NCBI GenBank assembly: GCA_010015805.1
Contig: ML978140.1
Location: 248,001 to 312,000 of the forward strand
Direction of reading: 5' to 3'
Length of the DNA stretch: 64,000 nt
From: Rhizodiscina lignyota
Taxonomy: Eukaryota
Part shown: piece by piece, positions 37,408 to 49,082 of the stretch
How the letters are laid out: the number at the start of each line of letters is the position of its first letter
How positions within the stretch are numbered: the first letter of the stretch is position 1
Made by a program: the position numbers and the translations under genes
Notes under the pieces: model-generated
Told to the model about the DNA's origin: nothing
Seen by the model: only the letters and a program-made list of their open reading frames with translations
The model's database searches: none

Positions 37408-38968
37408 ATGGCTGAAAAGGGGCCGGACTCGCCAGAGAGGGTCGTTCCAGAGCCACTAAAACAAGACACACCGGAGCCACCACAGCCACCAGAGCCACCT
37501 TATTCCATTTTCCCAAAATGGCAGCGAGTGGTATACGTGTATATCGCTTCGGTTGCGGCATTCTCGTCCCCGGTTGCATCCAGCATATATTATCCTGCGA
37601 TGCTCACTCTGGCCAGGGATCTGAACACTTCTTTAACGAATATTAGTTTGACCATTACAACTTATATGGTACGCCACGCCTCATCCAATTAGGCTGTAAA
37701 TGAAGACTAAATTTTATCAACAGATATTTCAAGGCGTTGCACCCACGATTGTAGGTGGCGTCTCAGATCGAATTGGACGCCGACCAGCCTACTTCATCTC
37801 GTTTACGTTGTTCATCGCCGCCAACATCGGACTTGCATTACAGACAAGTTTTGTGGCCCTGCTCATTCTGCGATGTCTCCAAAGCTGTGGTAGCAGTGGC
37901 ACAGTTGCCCTGTCTAGCGCAGTAGTCTCGGATATAGCCACTCGGCAGCAGAGAGGCAGTTATATTGGCCTTGCCGCCCTCGGAAGCTCGATGGGACCAG
38001 CCCTTGGCCCAGTGATTGGTGGACTATTGGATCATTTCCTTGGATGGCGATCCATCTTCTGGTTCCTGACCATCTTCAGCGGCGTGATGCTATTGGTATA
38101 CATACTTTTCATCCCAGAGACCTGCCGAAATATCGTCGGTAACGGATCACTTCCCGCACAACGCTGGAATCGGCCCGTGATTGAGTACCTTGGGCTGCGG
38201 AAGGCACCATGGACCGAAGAGGACAACATTTCATCTGAAAGGACTGCCAAGAAACGTCCTGGCATTCTCTCCAGCATACCAATTATATTGGAGAAAGAGT
38301 CCTTCCTCATCCTCTTCTACGGTGGCATTGTGTACTCTGGGATGTACATCATCCTTACAGGCTTGCCTTCTCAACTCTCATCCACATATCATTACAACTC
38401 GATTCAAGTCGGCCTCTGCTATCTCCCATTTGGCTTCGGACCCTTACTGATGAGGCCAATCATTGGGCGGATCATGGATCGGAACTACCGTCGGCATGCT
38501 CGAAAATTGGGGATTGAGCTCGTCGATAACCGCCAGCATCAAATCGATGGATTCCCCATCGAGCAGGCTCGGCTTGAAGTGTCTCTTTTCTGCGTTTACC
38601 TCGCCAGCGTGGCAGTCATTCCGTACGGCTGGGTGCTGGGCTTGCGGCACCCGCCGCTGCCGGCTGCTCTTGTTCTCTTTTTCATTATGGGTGCTTCGTG
38701 CTCTGCAGCATTCCAACCCGTTTCTGCCCTGGTGATCGACATCAATCCACGAAGTCCTGCGGCGGGGACTGCGGCCTTAAACTTTGTCCGCTGTCTTCTC
38801 GGCGCCGGCGGTGTTGCGGCCGTCAATCCGATGCTCGATACTTTGGGAAGGGGCTGGACGGGCACGCTCATTGCGTTTGTTTGGGTGATTATGAGTTTGT
38901 GCTGGTGGGCAGTGATATATTGGGGGCCCAGGTGGAGAGCATCAAGAAAGAAAAAGGATGTATCATGA
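37408..38968 (+). CDS. MFS drug:H+ antiporter (DHA1, QDR-like); exons 37408-37668, 37724-38968
   Basis: PYSIF...SSIYYPA, spliced TTYMIFQG, SDRIGRRP, LRCLQSCG, GPALGPVIGG...GWRSIFWFL...IPET, FPIEQARL, LNFVRC. Confidence 0.93.
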
Positions 38969-39082
38969 GCTTAGCGAGGCTTTTATAATCGTTAAACACA
39001 GAAGTTCAAAGGCGTCTCCAACATTTCCCATTGTCTTTCAGGCCCACCAGTTCTTCGGCATGTCCCCCGGTGTTCAAAGCAG

Positions 39083-41657
39083 TCAGTCAGTGTGTTCATG
39101 CTGATGGAGCGGATTCGGTGATCTGTCACGCTGTCTGACCCAACGGAAAATGGCGCGGTTGATGCGTTCTGTGGACGCAACACCCAGCGTAATAGTGGTG
39201 AGGACCACAAGAGCCAAAATATAATAGCCCCAAGACGTCGATCTGGGAACCATTTGCACACTAAAGATTCCCTTGGGGGATATTAACATTGATGTACGTC
39301 AACCCGTTTGCACACCTGGCAACGTACCGTGACTGACGCCAGAGGGAGGTATATCTGATTTCAGGTCTTTTGGTTAAAACTGAGACTTGCGAACTTGGTG
39401 GGGGCGTGGCGCCCAACTTACGATCGAGAGTACAACCGTGATGCGTGTGAGAATCTCAATCAATTCGCCCTGGCGCGTCGTCACAGCGCTTTCTCGCAAG
39501 GATGAAGCGTTCACCATCTCCAGCAGTCGTCAGCTATCATATTTCATTTGGATGCCATCTTTGAGTTAAGTCGTCCGAAACACTCATCATCGTACAGCCA
39601 TAAGAGTATCGTCATCGAATGCACTGAAAGATCACAAGGTGCAGACGAAACAACAGGGAGAAGAAATCCCATATCACTCCCACTACAGTATAAGAGATTT
39701 AAGAGATTCCAAATCGGGGCGGATGTGCCTTCGAGTACTTCAGAGCAAAAGGAAATTTTGCAAAGCATGGAGAGCAGCTTCCGTTAGATATAGGCTTTGC
39801 CACATTTTGAAATAAACGAGCTTCGATCGAGTAGGGTAGCAGCGAAACAAAACACAGTACTCACTCCATCTCTGATATCGTTGAAGAGTTCCAATTTTTG
39901 AGCCAGCAACAGACGCATACTTCTCTGTTCGGAGATATGACTCCGAATTTGAGCTAGATATCCACCCCATCGGGACTTTAAACCATCACACCCTTGCAAA
40001 CCAAATACTTGCACATGCTCACGTTCGAAGTCCTCCCATGAGTTGATTGTTTTGGTCAAAGAATCCCTGAACTGTCGAAGGCTGAAACCAACCCGCTTTA
40101 GCTCCTGTGTGTGCTCCAGATCGGGTGTATCAAAAACTGAGAGGGAGTTGCGATCTTCCTGCATATGATTAGTTCTATGACTATGAAAAATCTGATTGTA
40201 AGAAACGTGGAAGTAGTAAGCGCCTCAAGCCACGCTTCAGCAAGTGGCGAAGTTATCGGTATCCTCCAATCAGAGCTTTGACTGTGTAACTGTAGCATTA
40301 CAAGCCTTTGCTACATTAAGAAGTAACAAGCTCAAATAATAAAATCAAGTGAAAGTAATCTTACGTATGCTGACATCCTTCCGTCAAACGTATCAATAAG
40401 TGCCCTCCACTCTCGGGTGGCTTGGTCTAGCCGTGCCGACAACACTGCCAGGAAGAATTCCCGCGGATTCCAGTGGGGGAATTCAAGAGGTCTGGTACCA
40501 GTGCATGGGTCGACCCACTTCGGCCTTTCGAAATGTCTCTTGGGATTATACTTGGGCGAGAAGTAGCTGTCGATCAAGCAATATGCTTGCCAGAACCACT
40601 CGTCTATCCCAGTCACCAAAAGTGACACATTTGCTTCGTAGTAGTGATAGTCCTTATCATAAGAACCAGGAGTAGACAGTGGCAGAAGTTTACATTTCCG
40701 TAATTTCTGTCGTTCTCCATTAAGAATGATGTCACCTTGGTAAGGGCGACCATCACGACGGAGCGCATAATACGGGATGTGGAATTCGAGCCGAAATATC
40801 GCATCCTAATCCAAAGTACGCATTTAGCGAGTAAACCTATCGAATATTATATCTGTCTACCATACCAGGCTAATACGAAAGTATGCACGGCAGAGGAGGT
40901 ATTGAGAGAGGAAGTCCCTCAATGATGGGGCGATTCTTTTGGACGCGGTGCCTGCTAATACCAGCGCACCAGTTGGGCTTAAACCCGGACAGAATCTATA
41001 GCGGTTAATCGAGTCTTCCCAGCTATATTGTTTACTGGTGTTCTTACATGATTCTCTTATCTGCTTGTTGAGCTTGTCGCTGCCTACCGTCAGAAATTGA
41101 AATGAACCGGATCGTGACTTGCCAAGGAAATCTAGATAAATCGATCATATGCGATAATTGAAACCAATAGATTATGTGATACAAACCAGAGAATTACTCA
41201 CATTCCCATTTAATCGCTTGAAGAATTCTCTCATGCTCATTATGTGAGTGAAGATTGACGTGCCTTCCGGAGGGTAGTCCAAGTACCCTCCTTTGCCAGG
41301 AGAGTCCCAAACTCGCGTTGAAACATGAGTTCCAGTTGCGTCTTGCCTGTCGTCCATCATAATGAAGTCCGTATTAGTGCCTGCCATCCGGCCTCGCTCG
41401 TGGTTTCCATTCAAAGTATCAGCTGCCAGAATGTGAATATCCCCAGCGTTCAGAAACGCCTGTAGAAGGGAATGGCGAAAGTCGATCGGTGGATCCAGTT
41501 CAACGATTGTTCCTACGTTCAAGAACTCTTTGATGAGTCCAGCCTTGTCGCCTTGATCCCATTCTAAACGGTTGCGATCCTCGACGGGATATAAATCCGC
41601 GCGTTTACGGTCGTACCTGTTGTACCACGTCTGTGTCCGGTTACCCGTCTCGGCCAT
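39083..41657 (-). CDS. Uncharacterised ~554-aa protein with a CorA-like two-helix C-terminal membrane anchor; exons 41657-41202, 41079-41048, 40995-40866, 40805-40365, 40158-39865, 39517-39422, 39354-39328, 39271-39083
   Basis: Phase-compatible GT-AG introns join a stop-free frame: ADKRIIF...LAGTAS, FRLEFHIPYYALR, YEANVSLLVTGIDEWFW, NPREFFLAVL, then LTRIT...IYLPLASVT-GIFSV and a second TM. One acceptor is a rare GAG, so exon 6 boundaries are less certain. Confidence 0.72.
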
Positions 41658-42088
41658 CGCAGGAGGGAAGAGGAATTAAACCGTGAAGTACTCGATTTCA
41701 GAGCTCGGCTTGTCAGTGGGAATTTGAGGCCAAGGTCACCACTTTCAGCCTCACATTTATGATGATGCCAGCGAATCGGGCGTCTTCTCGCTCTGAGTGG
41801 TCAAAAAATCTCGCCCACATCAGCAGCTGTTGGGTGACAAGGTACATCGAGGTGCCCATCTCTTTTACATTAATAAATGCTATGTATCATCGCAGACCGT
41901 TTTGCAAGATTCAAAATATCTAGTAAATCTGCTTACCCTGGCTTTGACTCTCAGTTTAAGCAATGGCCGTCACGGAGTTCGAAGAACAGCGTCTATGGCG
42001 ATCCTTACTTATCGGCCCCGGATTCCCAACATCTTTCCTCCAGTTATCTGCTTTCCATGGCACAGTCGTCGAGAGTTGTTGCACTTCG

Positions 42089-42484
42089 ATGGTCTTTTAT
42101 TACCCGATAATCACGCTTGGCAATTGGGAATGTGTAAGCTTCACCAATGCCACAGTTTTGCTGCTCTAACTTGCCGAATCGCCGCTCTAGTGTAATAAAG
42201 AATGTGGCACTAAGAACGACGACAATGTTGCCAAGTGCAAGGACTGCGGGCACGATAAGTGTGGAAGTTGCTCTGCAAAAGACAAAGACATCTCTCCTTA
42301 CCCATTCGCGCCTTGGCGTCTTTTCGCAGATATGTGGGTCTGCGTACGTCTCAGAATTCCCTATTTTAAGCCCGAAGCTCACATTTTTGCCCAGTGTCAA
42401 TGCGGAACTGGGACTAGGGAAGACTTGTACACATGTTGTCAACAATGTGGGCATAACAAATGTGGTAATTGTATTGCTATCTGA
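42089..42484 (+). CDS. Small Cys-rich protein with two tandem zinc-finger repeats (~95 aa); exons 42089-42133, 42191-42343, 42395-42484 (alternative in-frame ATG at 41963)
   Basis: Introns GTAAGC..CTAAC..TAG (42134-42190) and GTACGT..GCTCAC..CAG (42344-42394). Spliced product: MVFYYPIITLGNWEC|CNKECGTKNDDNVAKCKDCGHDKCGSCSAKDKDISPYPFAPWRLFADMWVC|CQCGTGTREDLYTCCQQCGHNKCGNCIAI*. Confidence 0.8.
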
Positions 42485-45400
42485 AGATGAGGTTCGCGTG
42501 GGCCAATATGACATTAGAGCCAGCAGAAGCTCGCGATATCATTTATATTTTTAAATTGCTAAAGCAGCATATGTACGAGCACGTTTCCTTGCTACTCACA
42601 GATCTGTTATATACTGCTTCCTGCAGTCTTTACAATGTATCTGAGTCTAGCATGAGCATCTTGCCCTCATATAGTTTAACGCAAGTCGCCTATTTTCTGC
42701 TCAGATGGTAGTTGTAAGACTGTCCACATTTATCTTTACCGCACTTTGCTAAGAGAAAGAAAGAAATTATAACTGCCGTCTCTGCATACTCGTGCCCCCT
42801 TAGTCATATCTTACTGCGATGTAAGAATGAAATGATCTGGAGTTGGACGTAGATAGATTGAAAGCTTGGACTTAGAACGCAGTGTTCTTGAGTTGTCGAT
42901 AGCGCACACTGATTTCTAGGACAATACCTGGTTCAAATTGTCTCATTGTGAGTTAGATCCCAGCTTGCGTTCATAAATGCATGCTGCTTTAGCAACAATT
43001 GGTGGATACACAAGGCCCTGCAAGCGCTCAGGTGATGCGAGGACCTCCGTTTAGCACATAAGGTGCTATAGCATGTCGTGCGATCTTGAACTCTTAAGCA
43101 ATTACTAATATCTCCTAGAAACTCTATTTATCACGTCAACGGTAAGTGTATACGCACACGAGCAGTGAATCATCATGTTTTACTGATGGTGCTGTAATAA
43201 GATAGTGAGACGCAACGCTGTAACGGACAGCTGCAAAGCCCAAACAGATATAACGCTTATCGCGACTTCGCACATTACACCGCACCAGGATCGTCATCAA
43301 ATATCGAATATAGCATGTCTCTACAGCCAGCCTCGAGTGTCATGGGTATTGGACCCCTGCCATCAAATCAAATCGATAGGAGATCGGGAGAAGACAATGT
43401 TAAGCGTTCGTGACTAGACTCAGTCATATCTTCGTTGCGGCTTATAGAGATATAGGGTGCCTGTAGCTTCCAGTTGAAGACGGTAATGAAAGAAGAGCTG
43501 TATGGTCCTCGTGGGGAAGAAAAGTGTTTCGACTGCAAGATAAACTATCAGTTGAACGTGCAGCAATACAACTTCCGAAGCGGTGGCATTGTCATCGTGC
43601 CGGCCACAGCCTATTACTGTGTAGGTCTTTCATCCTCTTTGTAGATGAGTTGACTGACTGCAAAGTGCCAATGTTCCTGTGGGCCTATTGGATACTGGAT
43701 CGCATGTTGTCCCAATTGTGGCCACTGCGGTTGCCAGTACTGTACCGCTGCTTGAAGTGGGCTATGATTATGAATTACTTTAGCAGCCTACCATAGCTAT
43801 AAAGTATTTGTCACACATAAGTAAATGTTAGAAAGTACTGGTCCACGTGCACAACTTCAAGGATTGCATACCTAAGGCTGCTGCTTGCTTCCACGGCCGT
43901 CAGTGGCTGTAATGCCTGCAGCACTATCAAGCTCTTCCCTCCTCATTTCCTTCAGCCTCGTGACTAATCTCGGGCGTACGGTTCATGACCCGAGCGTCGA
44001 TTTCTTTTTACAAGGTTACGAACCCCTCTTTTACCTTGAGGCTCAAGCTTTCATAAGCACTATCCAAGCCGTTGGTGGCTCGGAGTCTAATCCAGCAATG
44101 AGATACACTCAAAAACAAGCTATGACTTCTCCAATTTCTCCAGCGACAAACTTCGGAAGGTTCGGGATAGAGTTCGAGTCCAGCATCGATGTGAGAGGCA
44201 CCGTCGGACATGAGCCGCAGTATCAATGTGTAAGAGGCCGGTGGCGAATAAGATCCTGTAATGTTGACTGACTCTGCCCAGTTCCGAAGGAGTTGTTCGT
44301 CGTCGAATTCGATTAGCACCGATACAAACTGTCAACGCTACACGAGATGCGGCTGCCATACGTTGGACGATAAAGCCACAGTACATTTGAAGGTCTGGCG
44401 GGGTGAATCTCCGGCGAACATGAGTGCGGCGAAGGAAGTTCCACGGGATGCATCTGATGCCTTCAGGGTCGGCCGCAAAGCGACATGTACGTCTAAAGAT
44501 CTCGTTCGGTCACCGTTGGTATTTCTTAAGACATAATGTCAAACTGGAGATTACAAGTAGTAGTATTACAAATATCTTTCATATGGTCAAGAGATGCTGG
44601 CAACAGCCGATAAGAGGACAATATATTAGGAAGAACGAACAAGCACGAATGTAAGGATAGAGTACGGAGAAGCTTGTTCCGGTAAGGAAAGTATCACATC
44701 AGGAGTGATAAGAAGCAGCATGACAGATATCTTTCATGGAAGAGAAGCCTGCAACTGATAGTAAGGATGTATTCAAAGAAACAGGAGACATATGAGCAGA
44801 AGACCCTGAGTATGAGAAGCTGATGGTGAATTGACAATACAGGCAGAGGATTTAAGCCATATGAGCCAGATTACAGCTATTTCTATTGTGTGGGTCTTTC
44901 ACCGTCATATGTCTTCCCCTAGCTAACTTGATACAGTGCAGCTGTGGTGATGGGCCGAATTCTATGTTAAGCGGGCAGTGCAGCATATGTGGCCATATAG
45001 TATGCAGCGACTGCACGGGAGCTTAAGCAGAGAATCGTACATACTGTGGTACAGCTAGTTAGAAGAGAAGACGGAGGTGTCCAGGATACTGGACGGCTCC
45101 TCAAGTATCTCACGCGGAGACCTGAACGCAGCGGTGATGGAGAGTAACATATCGAAGCTTTCAGGGATGTGAAGAGCATGTTCTGAGGCATTAGGCAGAG
45201 TAGCTACTGTTAAGGAGCAACAATGTTCACCCACCGAGCAACGCCGCAGAGTTCAGACACCTTGTCGTTGACGTCGCATTAGACTTCGGCCTCAAAGCGG
45301 ACGGAAACACCTCCGATTTAGGGGCTTGGCCAACCTAGGCTTAGGTACACGCCGTCCAAAGTTAGGTGCTTCCAATTAGGTTGTGCTACCGTCGGCTGAA

Positions 45401-45613
45401 TCGCGCGACGTCATCCGGGGGAGGGAGAAGGTTCGCGACTCGCGTCGACTTCTCCAGAGGTCGATTCTTCCACAGGTCCACATTCGCCTTCAACCCCACA
45501 CCTCCGTCCTGGAAACGGGGGCAAACCTTACACACATTCCACCAGTTCTACCTCACACTTCACACTCCACAACTCACGTCTCTCTGTTCGTCCAACTCCT
45601 ATACCCCACAAGC

Positions 45614-46198
45614 ATGTCCGCAGAATCCCATCCCATCCCCCCAACCCGCTTTGCCGCCGCGCTGAAGGACCTCTCTATTGGTTCTCTACACGCCAAAGCC
45701 GCCGAGCTGCGTAACAATATCCAGCATCTTGCCTCCTCGAACCAGCAATTACGAGACTACCTTTTGGAACAAGACCCTTCGCTCCCCGCAGACGCAGACT
45801 GCGTCGACGCGATTCACGAGAATGAGGCAGTGATCAAGCGCATGGAGGAAAGGATTGGGCTGCTGAAGACGGAGGTTGAGGGACGGGGGATGCTTTGGCC
45901 TTCTGAGGGCGACGATGAGGTGGCTGGAGCTGGGACTGGCATTGAGGAGGAGCATATGGATGTCGACGAGGAAGCGGGGAGAGAAGGGATGGTAAATGGA
46001 GAGCCATCTGCACAGCATACCAACGGGCCTGTGAATGGCATGAGTCACGAGTCGAGTACGCATTCAGAGAACCAGGCTGCGCAGCAGACACAACAGAGTG
46101 GCAGGCTCACAGACGAAGAGCTTCGGAGGAGGTTGATGGAGAGATTGGGAGATCCGGACGAGCCTGGTGACGATGGGGAAGGGGGTTTACATTTATGA
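45614..46198 (+). CDS. TMA17: Tma17/Adc17-like protein
   Basis: HPIPPTRFAAALKDLS...AAELRNNIQHLASSNQQL...AIHENEAVI resembles the yeast Tma17 N-terminal pattern; acidic tail. Confidence 0.7.
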   Translation: MSAESHPIPPTRFAAALKDLSIGSLHAKAAELRNNIQHLASSNQQLRDYLLEQDPSLPADADCVDAIHENEAVIKRMEERIGLLKTEVEGRGMLWPSEGDDEVAGAGTGIEEEHMDVDEEAGREGMVNGEPSAQHTNGPVNGMSHESSTHSENQAAQQTQQSGRLTDEELRRRLMERLGDPDEPGDDGEGGLHL

Positions 46199-46254
46199 AA
46201 TGATTGTAAGTGTTTTCTGAAGTGTTATGTATTCTGATATGTTCGCTCTCAAAC

Positions 46255-46300
46255 ACGCTTCCTTAAAAGACGCTTCCTTAAAGACGCTTCTTTAAACGCG
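46255..46300. repeat. Short tandem repeat, ~3 copies of ACGCTTCCTTAAA(A)G
   Basis: acgcttccttaaaag acgcttccttaaag acgcttctttaaa in the 3' region of TMA17. Confidence 0.7.
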
Positions 46301-47029
46301 CTACTCCCTATTTATTATCCTACTCAGTATTTCCACTCTACATTATATTAACCTTCGCGTTAACATTCAGGTAGCTGACATATAGCATTATAGGCCGCAC
46401 ACACCGTCTATAAATACCAACAGCGGCGTAGCCACCACGAACTAGCGTCCCATTTACTCGCACAAGATTTAATCCCTAACGTGTGTGCAAATGCGCGGCG
46501 AACTGTATGGTGTTGACGGCCGCAGTCTCGGCATCGACGTGCTGCATCGCGCATGACACAGCTCCACACAGCTTTTCAAGACCAAGGATATCCCGTGGAG
46601 CCGAGAAAGCCAGCGGCATACTGCACAGTCCGATGAATCGATCAGCTGTCTTTGGGCTCTGCAGCTGTGACGGACCCAATGGATTATGGTGGGATCGAAG
46701 GAGACGTGATCATTTGATACGGAATTCAGATGTATTCTAGCAGATATTTCACGCTGCACGATGACACAGACAAGATCACGAAGAAAGGCAATGAATATGC
46801 ACTGTACGACACGGCCATGTAGCAGCTGTACATTACCGAAAACCACAATTATCGACTCCAAACTCTCTCGCCCATAATAATCTAACGCTACTCCCAACTC
46901 CGAGCAATGCTAATACACCTCCCACAACCCCCGATTGGCCCATCGTTCCTATCGAATCTACACACCAATTCTGAAGCCTATTCATCCTACACGCATACTT
47001 CTGCTCCGGTCCGTACCCCAAGCTCCGCC

Positions 47030-48806
47030 CTATTCATAATTCCCCAAATCCAGCGGCACACTACTCACCCTCCCAGCTCTATACCTTTTACTCACTCCCG
47101 TGAAATCCCTGGGTTTCGGCAACTGACTATCATCCTGGAACTTCCATCGCGAATCTTGTATTCTGACCGAGGTTCTTCCTCCTCCACTCGGGCCACCTCC
47201 AATTGGGGGACTGGCCAATGGCGAACCGGAAGGCTGTTTGTTCGACGATCCATTCGTCAATGTGTATGAAGAAGGATTCAGCAGAGCACCGAGGGGTTGT
47301 GCTGACGCTGAAGACTCTCTTGTAGGGGCGGAGGGTGGTGGAGGAGGCGGCGACGCTACGTCGAGCATTGAGCGTGCTGGTGGTCTGCTTGGCGCTGCGC
47401 TCGGTGGTGGTGGTGGAGGAGGAGGGGGAGCCGGTGCGCTCGAGAAAGGAGGAGGTGGTGGAGCCGGTGCACTTGATGGTGGGGGAGGCGGAGGCGGAGG
47501 TGGCGCCGCGCTGGGTGAAGCCGATGGGCGCGGCGGGGGTGCAGAAGGCGGAGTCGGCGCACTGTAACGATATGGATCGTATTCGTCGTCGTCTTCCTGC
47601 CTTCTCGAGGGCGGCGGAGGTGGTGCGGCGGCGCGTACGGGCGGTGGAGGCGCGGAGGGAGGAGGTGGCGCTGAGGCAGGGACTGGCGGTGATGCGGACG
47701 GGGGTGGAGGAGGTGCGGCGGGCGGTGCATGCGAGGAAGACGAGCGTTGGAAGGCATTTCGAGCAGCCTGTGCGGCGAGCGAAAAGTTGGGCTCTGGTTC
47801 CCTGTTCCCATTCGTTGACGGCAAAGGAGGTGCTGACGGCGGTGGTGGAGGCGTCGACCGAGTTGGAGCTGGAGCAGGAGGCGGTTTTGGAGCTGAGGAT
47901 GGAGGAGGTGGAGGAGCGCTAGGGGGAGTGCTGAGATTGATTGAGGACACTGATGTGAGGCCAGAAGGTTTGCGAGATGACGGTGGCGGTATTGGTGGTT
48001 TCTTGCCAATTGGAGGCTTTGGTTTTGCGCGGATATCAGGCGTCGAAACTGTAGAGAGAACAGAAGACGGTCGGAGATTGTTTCGTAATGCTGCTACATT
48101 CGGAAGAGCGGGTGGAGCAGGCGCAGCTCCTGGCGGTGGTGGCGGAGGAGCACCACCAGGAACTCGAGGAGGGGCTCCTGGTGGTTTTGGTGCCGCTCCG
48201 CCAGGCGGGCGAGGAGCAGATGACTTTCGCGATGTCTCGGGGTCTGAGAGATATGACGAGCTGCTGTCTGCACCGGTGTTGACTCCTCCGGCTTTTCGAA
48301 GCTTTGGTATTCCACCCGCAAACAAGCCACCCAGCTGCGGAGCTCCACCAGACACATCTGTTCCCCCTCCACTGTCTCTGCCAGCCGTGTCACTGTTACT
48401 CCTCGCTCGGCCTCCTGGTACTGGAGGTGCAAGTCCACCTGGTGGTTTCGGCGCACCACCAGGCACGGGGGGAGCTCCTACTGGTGGTGCTGAGGGACCG
48501 TCTGAGGCTTTGCTCACTAGTGGAGCCGATCTGTCGTTAACTTGTGCGACTTTCTTCAGTCTCGTCCCTTGTTCAATCGAGGACAAAAGAGCGCCCTATC
48601 AGATGCTCGTCAGTTGTAATATCCATTAGGCAGCACGCGACATTCGGAGAAGGTGATAAGGAAGCACCAGGGTGGCCTACTCTTCCTTTCCCAGTCGCCG
48701 GAGGTCTCGCAGGTAAATTCCCAGGCAGTGGAGGTGGTGGAGGGCCGCCTCCCCGTCCTGCGCCTGGGGGAGGCGGCGGAGGAGGAGGAGGGGGGGGAGG
48801 TGGCAT
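47030..48806 (-). CDS. VRP1: Verprolin/WIP, proline-rich WH2 actin regulator; exons 48806-48681, 48595-47030
   Basis: MPPPPPP start, spliced WH2 GRGALLSSIEQGTRLKKV..NDRSAP, PQLGGLFAGGIPKLR, C-terminal DSRWKF..LPKPRDF..YRAGR.SSVPLDL. Confidence 0.93.
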
Positions 48807-49082
48807 CGCTGTGGTATTGCGGACTGAGCAGCCGCAAGGAGGTGGCTTTGTGCCTAAATCGTAGTTGTAGAGCCTTTCAGAACCTCTTTCGGGCCTTTAA
48901 AGCGATTCTGAAAGCAGTAAAGAGAAATGGCGATGGGTTGTAATGGCGGAAGGCAGAAATACTTTGCCAGCGGCGGAGATCAAAAGTTGGCGTCACGTCG
49001 CAGTCCGCGAATCCGCGCTCAGCCACAGCTACGACCTCCAGGCATCCGATTCCATATCACCAATTGCTGTTCAACAAACGCC

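Noticed and set aside
47238..48864. Long Gly-rich plus-strand ORFs
   Set aside because: Antisense shadows of the proline-rich verprolin gene.
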